Of a stretch of DNA of 64,000 bases, positions 18,405-27,537 are shown piece by piece. The position numbers and the translations under genes were made by a program. This DNA is from a virus (Duplodnaviria; Caudoviricetes). Positions within the stretch are counted from its first letter, which is position 1. Each line of letters begins with the position of its first letter. Under the pieces are notes generated by a model. That model was not told the DNA's origin, made no database searches, and worked only from the letters and a program-made list of their open reading frames with translations. The stretch spans positions 32,001 to 96,000 of the IMG/VR virus record IMGVR_UViG_3300013121_000047; one strand, given 5' to 3'.

Positions 18405-18793
18405 TGCCAAGAAAATTTGATCCAAAAGCTAAAAGAAAAACAATTCCAGAAATACTTTATCAAAGTGATAGTAAAGAAAAAGTTATAAATCCAATTCCTT
18501 ATATTGAAACAGATAAAACAGATCCTATGCCAGTAATGTTATTTGTAGAGGAAGTTTACAACACTGGAGAGGTTGAAGTTGGTGACGACGGCAACCCTTC
18601 TCCAATTTATGAATTTGAAATGCATCAGTTCCTCAACATGAAAGTTCTTAAAGATGTTTTAAATACAAAACAATACGATAAAGTTCGCGTTGCTCTTGGT
18701 ATGGAAACAATGCAAAAAGCAAAAGAAAAAGGAGAAAAAATAATAAGTGCTGTTGAATCAGCCATCGCGAAAAAAGAAGGTGGAATAAATTAA
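18404..18793 (+). CDS. Hypothetical protein
   Basis: TAATG translational coupling with neighbours. Confidence 0.7.
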   Translation: MPRKFDPKAKRKTIPEILYQSDSKEKVINPIPYIETDKTDPMPVMLFVEEVYNTGEVEVGDDGNPSPIYEFEMHQFLNMKVLKDVLNTKQYDKVRVALGMETMQKAKEKGEKIISAVESAIAKKEGGIN

Positions 18794-19197
18794 TGAAACT
18801 TCATGTAAATACTGTTGAAACATTGTTGAACATTATCAAAAACCTTGGAGGAAATCAGAATAATGTTAAACTTCACGAAAGGTTATCTGGATTTGCGTTA
18901 AGTGTTTACATTAAAAAAGATGGGACACCTATATTAGTAGAAACTGAAAGATTAATTCAAGAGTTTAGAAACATTGGTCAAATGGAACCAGTTGTAAGTT
19001 ACATGTTTATGCACGAAAGCGCAGTAAACCAAATCATAAAATTCGAAGAATTATATGGAGGTTATGCCAATGAAACAAAAATGAATAATTTATTGTCAAA
19101 TTTGGATTTCACTCCATACGACAGAAAATATTCAAATGATACAGTATTAGTGTTAACAGAACATTATATCAACGCAATTGAAGGAACAAATAAATGA
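18793..19197 (+). CDS. Hypothetical protein
   Basis: Coupled start/stop, 134 aa. Confidence 0.7.
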   Translation: MKLHVNTVETLLNIIKNLGGNQNNVKLHERLSGFALSVYIKKDGTPILVETERLIQEFRNIGQMEPVVSYMFMHESAVNQIIKFEELYGGYANETKMNNLLSNLDFTPYDRKYSNDTVLVLTEHYINAIEGTNK

Positions 19198-19655
19198 AAA
19201 ATTTGGAAATTGGTCAAATTTGTTATGTGATAGATGAAGAAAAAGGACCACGGCCAGTGATTGTTGAGGAATTAATTGAACGTAAATCTAAACATGGAAC
19301 AGAACTTTTTTATGTTTTTTTGGCTGGCCCGCCTGGAAATCGTCGCCAAATAACCGAACAAGAACTCGGAAATGTTCCATTTTACGCGACAATTGAAGAA
19401 GTGAAAGAGCATTTGCAAAAATTCGCTATGTCTTGGATAAAAACACAGTGCGAAACCGCAGAAAAGTTAATGCATGACTGGTATCCTGATATTATCAACC
19501 CAACAAAACAACAGAAACAATCTACTGGCAATATTTTTGATGAACTTTCCGAAGTCGCTTCTACAAGTGAAAAAAATAATGTTTCTGAACAAAACGACGC
19601 CCCAGAAATAAAAATAGTGAAACCAAAAGGAAGACCTTCTATAAGGAAAGAATAA
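19194..19655 (+). CDS. Hypothetical protein
   Basis: ATGA overlap, GGA RBS, 153 aa. Confidence 0.7.
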   Translation: MKNLEIGQICYVIDEEKGPRPVIVEELIERKSKHGTELFYVFLAGPPGNRRQITEQELGNVPFYATIEEVKEHLQKFAMSWIKTQCETAEKLMHDWYPDIINPTKQQKQSTGNIFDELSEVASTSEKNNVSEQNDAPEIKIVKPKGRPSIRKE

Positions 19656-19658
19656 AAA

Positions 19659-22312
19659 ATGAAAATAACTGATACCTTATTAAACAAAGCTCACCAAGAC
19701 GTTGTGTTTGGAGATAAAGGACAAAAAGAATTATTGAAAGGTGCCGAAATTTTATATCGTGCAGTTAAATCAACAATGGGTCCATCAGGGCGCAATGTTA
19801 TTATCGACAATGGAATTTCTCCGCCTTTTATTACAAAGGACGGGGTTACTGTTGCGAAAAATATTAATTTAAAAAATCATTTACAAAATATTGGCGCAGG
19901 ACTTGTAAAAGAGGTTGCATTAAAAACAAATGAATTAGGTGGAGATGGACCGCAACCACTATACTCAAAAATATTAACCCCAACAGGTTGGAAAACTATG
20001 GGTGATATAAAAATTGGAGATACAATTTGCGGAACTAATAACACTTTTCAAAAAGTTCTTGGTGTATATCCAAAAGGAAAAAAAGAAATCTATAAAATAG
20101 AATTTTCTGGTGGTCAATTTGTAGAGTGCTGCGAAGATCATTTATGGAGTATAGTAACAAATACTGGTAAAAAAAAGACAATTACAACAAAAGAATTATT
20201 TCAGTCTGGTGTTGTTTTTTATAAAAAAATACTAGATGCCATAAATTCTATGTTCCAAATACAAGTGTTGAATTCGCAGAAAAAACAAAACTAAAAATTG
20301 ACCCATATACTTTAGGTGTGTTGCTTGGTGATGGCAGTTTATCTATGGGGAAAACTTCTGTCGAAATTTCAGTAGGTTTAAACGAAGAATATATTCTAAA
20401 CAATCTTATTTTACCAAAAAACAATAAAATCAACAAATCTTTTTATATGAAAAAACATTATATAAAAGGAAAAATAGGTAAAATTAACAAGTATCATAAT
20501 GGAAAAGATATAAAAGATTTTTTACGTGAATTAAATTTATTGGGAACATATAGTCATACAAAATTTATTCCTGATTCATATTTATTTTCTTCAAAAAAAT
20601 CTCGTGAAGCTTTATTAAACGGCTTAATCGATACGGATGGTTATATAAATAACAAAAACCTTTTTGAAATTTCCACAGTAAGTGAACAGTTGAAGAATGA
20701 TATTGTTTTTTTATGTCGTAGTTTAGGAAAACAGGTTTGTGTTACAGAATATGCAAGAAAACCAGGCAGCGCATTTGGAACAAGAAAAATTTATCGAATT
20801 ACTGAGCTTAAAGGTCGAAAATATGGAATTCAAATAAAGTCCATAAAACCAACAGGATCATTTACTGAAATGCAGTGTATTAAAGTAAGTAATTCTGATT
20901 CGTTGTACATTACAGACAATTTCATTCCAACACACAATACAACAACCGCGACTGTTTTGGCCTATCATTTATTTAATAGTGGATATAAATTTTCTGCTGC
21001 GGGACGCAATGCTATCCTTTTAAAAAAGGGTATTGATTGGGCAACTGATGTTGTTATCAAACGGCTAAAAGAAATTTCAACAGAAGTTAGAAACGATGAA
21101 GATATCATCTCTGTTGGAACAATTTCAGCAAATGGTGACAGAGAAATTGGAAAACTTCTTTGCGAGGCTATTAAAAAAGTTGGAGAAGATGGAATTATTA
21201 CTGTTGAAAAAGCTAAAAGTGTCAAAACTACGTTAAGCGTAATTGATGGTTTAAATTTAGATGTTGGTTACATTTCTCCATTTTTCGTAACAAATCAAGA
21301 AAAATTAACTTCAGATTTAGAAAATCCACTCGTATTGGTAACAAATAAAAAGATTTCAACCAAAGAGCAACTTATTCCTGTAATGAAAATTGCCAATGAA
21401 AAATCTAGATCACTTTTAATTATTGCAGATGAAATAGACCAAGAACCACTTCACATGTTATTAACCAATAAAATGCATGGAGCGGTAATTTCTTGTGCTG
21501 TCAAAGCTCCATCTTATGGCGATAACAGAATTGATATATTACATGATATTTGTCTTATAACAGGCGCAACCTGTTTTGATGCTGCGCAGTCAATTCAATT
21601 GGAAAAATTAAAAGAAGAACATCTTGGTTCATGCGAAAAAATAGTTGTTTCTAAAATGTCAACCACTTTTTTTGGACTTGGAGAGTCTGTTAAAAAAGAA
21701 CAAATTGATGAAAGAGTAAAAGAACTCAAGCAAGTTTTATCGATGCCCGTAGAGGGCTTGGATGACTTAAAAAGAAATAATGTTAAAAAACGACTTGCTA
21801 AACTTGCTGGTGGCATTGCTATCATTCACGTTGGCGGCTCAACAGAAGTTGAAATAATAGAGAAAAAAGACAGAGTAGATGATGCCTTAAATGCAACACA
21901 AGCCGCAGTGCAAGAAGGAATATTACCAGGCGGTGGAACTGCTCTTTTTTATTGTTCGGAGTTTTTAAATGAAAAAATTTCAAAAAATGAAGAGGGGTTA
22001 AGTGAAGATGAAATTTTTGGTGCAAAAATTGTTTACGAAACTTGTAAAGCTCCCTTGAAAGTCATTGTTGATAACACAGGAAAAAATCCAGAAGTTGTTA
22101 TGGATCATATTTTAAGAACAACCAATTCCTTAAACTATGGATATAATGCGTTTACTCATACATATGAAAACTTAATAGACAATGGAGTATCTGATCCTGT
22201 TAAAGTAACAAGATATGCCCTTGAATTTGCAAGCTCTGTTGTAGGCTTGATGCTTACTTGTAACTGTGTTATTATGACGCCAGAAGAAGAAAGAAACGAA
22301 ATAGAGGAATAA
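19659..22312 (+). CDS. groEL: Chaperonin GroEL (97 aa N-extein + 457 aa C-extein) interrupted by an intein; frameshifted within the intein
   Basis: TMGPSGRNV, ITKDGVTVAK, GDG/TTTATVLA, ISANGD, RLAKLAGGIAII, DDALNATQAAVQEGILPGGG, DPVKVTR; exteins sum to 554 aa. Confidence 0.93.
19950..20938 (+). mobile_element. Class 3 intein with LAGLIDADG homing endonuclease, inserted in the GroEL GDG|TTT motif
   Basis: Starts PQPLYSKILTPTGW (Pro1, no N-terminal nucleophile), block B CCEDHLW, LGVLLGDGS and LNGLIDTDG endonuclease motifs, block F MQCIKV, ends FIPTHN before Thr+1; 989 nt, one base short of 330 codons. Confidence 0.92.
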
Positions 22313-22318
22313 AAAAAT

Positions 22319-22639
22319 ATGGAAAAAGTAGTACTTGGCAGACGCCAATTAGATAAAATTATTTTAGAAAAAATACCAGTATATAGCGCAAGAATGGATG
22401 GAGAAAATGTTTTTGTTGATCAAGGAGGACATGGATTTTTAACAGTTGCTGGAGGTATTGACTCTGGAGAAGTAGGCACAATCGCTGGTTCTCCAATTAA
22501 AGTTTATAAATCAACTTTAAAAATGATAGACAAAAGTGAAGTGATGGCTGGTAGTGAAACTACAAGCGCCTTTCCAGTATATTTGGAAAAATATAGACAA
22601 ACCGTTTGGGTTCCTTCAGATTTTGTTCATATGATTTAA
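22319..22639 (+). CDS. Hypothetical protein
   Basis: 106 aa directly after groEL; N-terminal QLDKIILE motif; no GroES signature recognised. Confidence 0.65.
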   Translation: MEKVVLGRRQLDKIILEKIPVYSARMDGENVFVDQGGHGFLTVAGGIDSGEVGTIAGSPIKVYKSTLKMIDKSEVMAGSETTSAFPVYLEKYRQTVWVPSDFVHMI

Positions 22640-23181
22640 TTTTGATATCTTTGTTTTAAAAGATATATATTGGTTTCATGTGATTCTAAAATTGTACCAA
22701 GAGTTTGTTCTAGTCCTGGTGTAAGTAATTTAACTGTTTTAAGTTGTTCAAATATTAGTGTACAAAGTGCCATAAAAAACAATTCAGCTTGATAACTTGA
22801 TTTTACTGTATTATCGACATTTAACTCTGTTTTAAATTTGTCAATAAATTTTGACAAATGATTCGTCTGTGGAACAAGACAAACAAATTCGGTTGTTGCT
22901 AGTCCAACAATTTTTTCTGCCAACTTATCAATTTCAGCATCAACAGATTCATATAATCTCATAAACAAAAGGTGATCGCCATACGATTTATCACCACTGG
23001 AAATCCAATGATTTTGTTGATGTATTAAAGATACTGCACGAATTGAACTTAACAGAACTGGCAATTCTGCATACTGTGTGTTTCCATACTTTTTCACTTC
23101 TTCTGATAAGAAAACTCTTGCAGAATTTTTGTAATCTTCTTCTGGCGAACCAAAAACAAATTTAGATATTGAAATTGACAT
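22636..23181 (-). CDS. Dps/ferritin-like protein
   Basis: HQQNHW-x2-SG-x4-GDHLLF-x2-LY...DKLAE ferroxidase-centre pattern. Confidence 0.85.
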   Translation of the reverse strand: MSISISKFVFGSPEEDYKNSARVFLSEEVKKYGNTQYAELPVLLSSIRAVSLIHQQNHWISSGDKSYGDHLLFMRLYESVDAEIDKLAEKIVGLATTEFVCLVPQTNHLSKFIDKFKTELNVDNTVKSSYQAELFFMALCTLIFEQLKTVKLLTPGLEQTLGTILESHETNIYLLKQRYQN

Positions 23182-23216
23182 AACGATAATTATGTCTTTA
23201 ACTATTTATTATCGCC

Positions 23217-23624
23217 ATGAGTTATTCATATAATAAAGCAGGAGCGGGTCTAGTTTCAGAATTTCAAATTTCTGGTTTACCATTTGTTACATCAAGTACT
23301 GCTGCTGCCGTTTCTGTTTCTTTTCCTTATGTTACACAATGGATTATGGTTAGGTCGAGCGGTTCAGTTATTACAATGGCCTTTACACCATCTGGATTTT
23401 CTACTGGAAACAATTTCCTTATTCCAGCAAACACCACAATTGGTCCACTTCGGTTACGAATAACCGACCTACATTTTAGTGGATCTGGGATGCAAGTTAT
23501 TGGTGGTTTAACTCAAATTGATATAAACAACTACTTTAAACTAGTTTCCACTGGAGCGCTTACAACACTAACTGGTGGATTGGCTGTTACTGATACCAAT
23601 TATTTTGCTTATAGAGGAATTTAA
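23217..23624 (+). CDS. Tandem paralog 1, putative virion protein
   Basis: FQISGLPFVT, FPYVTQW, LRITDL, GLT, DTNYFAYRGI. Confidence 0.75.
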   Translation: MSYSYNKAGAGLVSEFQISGLPFVTSSTAAAVSVSFPYVTQWIMVRSSGSVITMAFTPSGFSTGNNFLIPANTTIGPLRLRITDLHFSGSGMQVIGGLTQIDINNYFKLVSTGALTTLTGGLAVTDTNYFAYRGI

Positions 23625-23627
23625 AAC

Positions 23628-24023
23628 ATGAGTGTGTACAAAACAGGGCAATACAATGTGCCAAATTATCAAGTTTCTGGTCTTCCTTTTGTAACTTTTG
23701 CTGGCGGACCTATGGTTATTGAATTTCCTTATCTGACACAGTGGATCTTATTGAGAACAACAACCAGTTTAAGAGTTGGTTTCTCTCAAGGAGCACTAAC
23801 GAATGTTAACGATATTAACGGTTTAAGTACATCGTTCGTTCAAATGATTCCATTAAACGTTAGAATAAAAAAACTTTATGTAACAGGCGGAAGTTGTTAT
23901 GTGCTCGCAGGTTTAACAGGAATTGAAAATGGTTTTGAGCTAATTAACACTGCCTCATTAGCTGCGATTTCAGGTACCACCGATTTGGATTCTACAAATA
24001 TTTTTGCTTATAGAGGTATTTAA
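23628..24023 (+). CDS. Tandem paralog 2, putative virion protein
   Basis: YQVSGLPFVT, FPYLTQW, VRIKKL, AGLT, TNIFAYRGI. Confidence 0.75.
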   Translation: MSVYKTGQYNVPNYQVSGLPFVTFAGGPMVIEFPYLTQWILLRTTTSLRVGFSQGALTNVNDINGLSTSFVQMIPLNVRIKKLYVTGGSCYVLAGLTGIENGFELINTASLAAISGTTDLDSTNIFAYRGI

Positions 24024-24027
24024 AAAC

Positions 24028-24456
24028 ATGAGTATAAATCATCCTTTTAGTGGTTATGGATTTACACCAGAATATCAATTATCTGGGCTCCCTTATGTTA
24101 CGGGTGTCTCTCCAACTGACACAAGATTTAAAATTGAATTTCCTTACGTTACCCAGTGGTTTTATTTAAGATTTACGCAAGTTGCCAGATCCGCTTCGAT
24201 ATCATTTGAATCAACAAATGCCTCAACTTTAAACAAAATTAGTTTTGAGGCTTCTTCGGGAAATATGTTTTTTGGTCCATTCTTTTTAAGAATAAAAGAT
24301 CTTAATATAGAACAGACGCATGGAGTTCATGTTATAGCTGGTTTAACTTCAATTCCAAGAGCACGCGCGCCAAGTTTAGTATCTCCAATAAATTCATCTG
24401 TAACGGGTAGTTTATCTGCTGTTGATACAAACTACTTTATTTATAATGGAATTTAA
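24028..24456 (+). CDS. Tandem paralog 3, putative virion protein
   Basis: Probable start ATG 24028; YQLSGLPYVT, FPYVTQW, LRIKDL, AGLT, DTNYFIYNGI. Confidence 0.75.
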   Translation: MSINHPFSGYGFTPEYQLSGLPYVTGVSPTDTRFKIEFPYVTQWFYLRFTQVARSASISFESTNASTLNKISFEASSGNMFFGPFFLRIKDLNIEQTHGVHVIAGLTSIPRARAPSLVSPINSSVTGSLSAVDTNYFIYNGI

Positions 24457-26144
24457 TCTTTCAACAAACAAGAAATCGGAATTCCAAACATTTTTATCCC
24501 AGTAATGTCTTTTTTGTTAGCCAAATCATTTTCCGCATTTTGTCTATTTACCAATTCATTTGAAAGTGAATTTTGGTGCGCATTTATTATGTTTTGATTA
24601 ACTGATTTTGGTTGAATTGACTTTAAAAATATTTCCTCCCAAGAAATTCCATTTTGAGATTGTTTATTTGCACTGAGCCCTGTTGGTTCGTAAACTAGTA
24701 ATGCAAAAGAAAGTGCCATAATGGAGTCATCAAATTTTCCTCTTATTGCTTGTGTCTTTTTGCCATTCCAAATAAAAGTATCTAATTCTTTTGCAAATCT
24801 AATAGAATTAATTCTTAATAACTTATTTCTTAGTACATTTTCAAGTTGGGATAAAAGTTTTTCTCTAATTTTTGGAGAAGTTGTATGACCAGGATAAATA
24901 TTTTCTCTTTCCTCGTCGGTCATTAAATGAAGGTTTTCTGTAATCTTTTCTTCGTAGTAAAGATTTGGATACTTTAGATCTCTTAGTTTTATAGCCGCAG
25001 CAATTCCAATTGAGTTCATTTCATTGATAATTTTTGCAGTGTTATACTTGTATCCGTATTCAACTAAAAGTTCGGCAAATTTATCTGGTGGCATTTTACC
25101 ATAGAACTCTCCAACTTGCTCATCTGTATCCATATCAATTATATGACAGCAAGAATGATCTTCTCCATCTCCACGAGCGATATCGCTTGTAATGATATAT
25201 TTATGATCTTGCTCTGGTAATGTCCAAATCCAAAAATCATTGTTTTTAGCTTCTTCAGAAATCGGCATAGTGATACCAGATTTAATCCATTCAATAGTAT
25301 CCGCATCAAAAAATGTATTTCCAGAACCTTCAAATCCACAACAGTATTCTTTGTCAATTTTTTTAGCATCCATTGACTTAGTTTCATTCTCAAACCATTT
25401 TTCATCTCTATCAGGATGGACTTGCCAAGGCAGTTTTATCGCATGAAAACCATTTATACCAACTTCCTCGCAATGAAGACCAACTCGATCCTTTCTAAGT
25501 TCTCCAGTGTCTGCATTTTTATAAATGTCATAAAACTCATTTTTACCGTTTGGAGAAGAGAAAAGGATTGCGTCGCCGCCAGTTGTAATGGTTGGTCTCG
25601 CAGCTTCCCATATGTCAGAAAATTTCTCGATGTGAGCGCATTCATCAATAATCAATAAGGAACACGCAATACCACGAACGCTTTCTGGTGTTGTTGGTAT
25701 TGCTTCAATTTTTGAACCATTTGTGAACTCGATATATTTAACAGATTCCTTTTCTGTTTCTGTTAATCCTAATAGCCTTTTAATCCAATCTGGAACATCT
25801 TTAAACGCAATTCGAATTTTCTGAATCATATTCTTGGCAGTTTCTAGACGCGTTGCCATTAACCTTATATCTTTGTCCATATGAAACATGGCATACCATA
25901 AACAATATGCCGAAGTAATTGTACTTAGCCCAAGTTGTCTAGATTTAACAACAATATTGTATTTAAATTCCAAAAAGTCATTAATACAATCTTCTTGAAA
26001 TGGATAAAGTTTAAGAGGAATTCTCCCTTTGACTGGGTGCTGTATGTATATATAATTTTTAATAAAGTGAATTGGATCTTCTTTACATCTCTGTAATTCT
26101 TGGAGCTTTAGATTCACCTGAGCTTTTTGCGTATCATTTGCCAT
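24453..26144 (-). CDS. Terminase large subunit
   Basis: LYPFQ, KSRQLGLST Walker A, LIIDE Walker B, SSPNG, nuclease DIARGDGED and DDSIMA. Confidence 0.95.
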   Translation of the reverse strand: MANDTQKAQVNLKLQELQRCKEDPIHFIKNYIYIQHPVKGRIPLKLYPFQEDCINDFLEFKYNIVVKSRQLGLSTITSAYCLWYAMFHMDKDIRLMATRLETAKNMIQKIRIAFKDVPDWIKRLLGLTETEKESVKYIEFTNGSKIEAIPTTPESVRGIACSLLIIDECAHIEKFSDIWEAARPTITTGGDAILFSSPNGKNEFYDIYKNADTGELRKDRVGLHCEEVGINGFHAIKLPWQVHPDRDEKWFENETKSMDAKKIDKEYCCGFEGSGNTFFDADTIEWIKSGITMPISEEAKNNDFWIWTLPEQDHKYIITSDIARGDGEDHSCCHIIDMDTDEQVGEFYGKMPPDKFAELLVEYGYKYNTAKIINEMNSIGIAAAIKLRDLKYPNLYYEEKITENLHLMTDEERENIYPGHTTSPKIREKLLSQLENVLRNKLLRINSIRFAKELDTFIWNGKKTQAIRGKFDDSIMALSFALLVYEPTGLSANKQSQNGISWEEIFLKSIQPKSVNQNIINAHQNSLSNELVNRQNAENDLANKKDITGIKMFGIPISCLLKD

Positions 26145-26162
26145 GGTATATTTAATAACTCT

Positions 26163-26780
26163 TTATTTTTTAAAATATTCAGCTATAAAAAGATCGGGAA
26201 AATCTTTTGGTGATGATATTGCAATAATTTTTCCATATGGGTGAACACTTGGTTTCGCAACCTCAAGGAGATCTTGAAAATTAGGTGCAAACATTATTTC
26301 GTCAAATAAAACATAAGAAACAGACTCACCTTTAAAAGAAGATATTGTAGGCGGAAGAATTTTAATTGAAGCACCGTTACTGAACTGAATCTTGGTATTT
26401 GTTTCATTTTCTAGTTTCAGATATTTCGTAAACCAAGCTGGCAATAAAGTAAGTTGATACTTAATTTTTTGTAGAAGATATTTACCTGATGCAAACGAAC
26501 TAGCACAAATTATTGAAGACGCGCCGAAAAGTACAGCATTCTGTATTGCAAAAGCAATTAAAAAAGAAGTTTTACCAATTTGTCTTTTAGCAAAAAGAAA
26601 ATCTCCTGAAGGAGAATTGTTTATTCTTTCATTGAAAAATTTTTGATAATCATTAAAAATAAATGGTATATTACCTTTAACGGGGTTTTGTAAAAATAAA
26701 CATTCCTTTGAAAAGAGTGAAAGGTCATTTTTATAGTCTTCTATTTTCGTTTTTTCGTTAATAAGATTGATTATAGACAT
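26163..26780 (-). CDS. Terminase-like ATPase domain only (TerL paralog)
   Basis: QNPVKGNIPF, FNDYQ, KRQIGKTS, FSNGASI, VLFDE, ISSPK; ends before any nuclease domain. Confidence 0.85.
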   Translation of the reverse strand: MSIINLINEKTKIEDYKNDLSLFSKECLFLQNPVKGNIPFIFNDYQKFFNERINNSPSGDFLFAKRQIGKTSFLIAFAIQNAVLFGASSIICASSFASGKYLLQKIKYQLTLLPAWFTKYLKLENETNTKIQFSNGASIKILPPTISSFKGESVSYVLFDEIMFAPNFQDLLEVAKPSVHPYGKIIAISSPKDFPDLFIAEYFKK

Positions 26781-26809
26781 AGTATTCCTTAACTATATCA
26801 TAATATTAG

Positions 26810-27253
26810 TTATTTTACTTGGATTAATGCAAAAACTTTAAAAACTGAGGTTTTTTGAACACTATAGATCTGATAGGATAATGGATCAGAAGTTTCTTGG
26901 ATCGAATTATCTAACAATTCGAGCTTTATTTTCTTTTTAGCTGGTTCAGTGTTTTCATTTTTTGAAAGAACTTCGTTACTTTTGGCAATCTCGCTTAATT
27001 TTTCATAATCTTCTTCAATTTTTTTCATCCTTTTTTGAATATCGCTCAAAGCATCTTGTCGCCATTTTCTTTGAAGTTCTAATTTTACGGATTGATGTCC
27101 AGCAGAAACAAACGATTGATGGACAACTTTTATTAAAGTTTCATCGGCAGCTTCAAATTTTATCCAATGAGTGTTTCTTTCATCTTGTCCAGAATTCTGA
27201 GCCAGGGCGTTTGCTAATCTTTGATAAGTTAAATAATTTTTTACCTGTGACAT
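26810..27253 (-). CDS. Hypothetical protein
   Basis: 147 aa ORF upstream of the terminase genes. Confidence 0.7.
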   Translation of the reverse strand: MSQVKNYLTYQRLANALAQNSGQDERNTHWIKFEAADETLIKVVHQSFVSAGHQSVKLELQRKWRQDALSDIQKRMKKIEEDYEKLSEIAKSNEVLSKNENTEPAKKKIKLELLDNSIQETSDPLSYQIYSVQKTSVFKVFALIQVK

Positions 27254-27264
27254 TATGAAAATAA

Positions 27265-27537
27265 TTATTCAAAGTCCACAGATATTTTGTTATTCTTTTT
27301 TCGTTTGTTTATGTATTTTTTAAAAAATTCAGAATTCACATCAACTGATATCTGAGCTTTAATAAAGGTTGTTTCACATAAAAAACAACATTTTGATTCC
27401 TTGTAAGATAAAATATCATCAAATGTTCTCATGGCAAACTCACAAATTGGACAAAAAACTGGTATCACCACATGATTTTTCGGAGCAAACACGTAAAAAT
27501 TTTCTTTGATACTTTCCATAAATTTAATGATAGTCAA
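27265..27537 (-). CDS. Small zinc-finger protein
   Basis: CPIC...CCFLC. Confidence 0.65.
   Translation of the reverse strand: MTIIKFMESIKENFYVFAPKNHVVIPVFCPICEFAMRTFDDILSYKESKCCFLCETTFIKAQISVDVNSEFFKKYINKRKKNNKISVDFE

Larger units (their letters stand above)
11538..26795 (-). promoter_or_regulatory. Recurrent TAGTTA (general TANTTA) box shortly upstream of late-gene starts; putative late promoter
   Basis: TAGTTA on the minus strand at 11538-11543, 12159-12164, 14288-14293, 23199-23204, 26790-26795, each 9-21 nt before an ATG. Confidence 0.5.

Noticed and set aside
20318-22312. Treating this ORF as an independent endonuclease-GroEL fusion gene
   Set aside because: It lacks the GroEL N-terminus, and the homologous reading frame extends upstream of its GTG to 20225; it is the 3' part of the intein-containing groEL
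22319-22639. GroES call based on size and position
   Set aside because: No PLxDRV or GxVxAVG GroES signature recognised
24453-26780. Terminase split by an intron or intein
   Set aside because: Both ORFs contain their own Walker A and B motifs and no Hint motifs; they are paralogs, not halves
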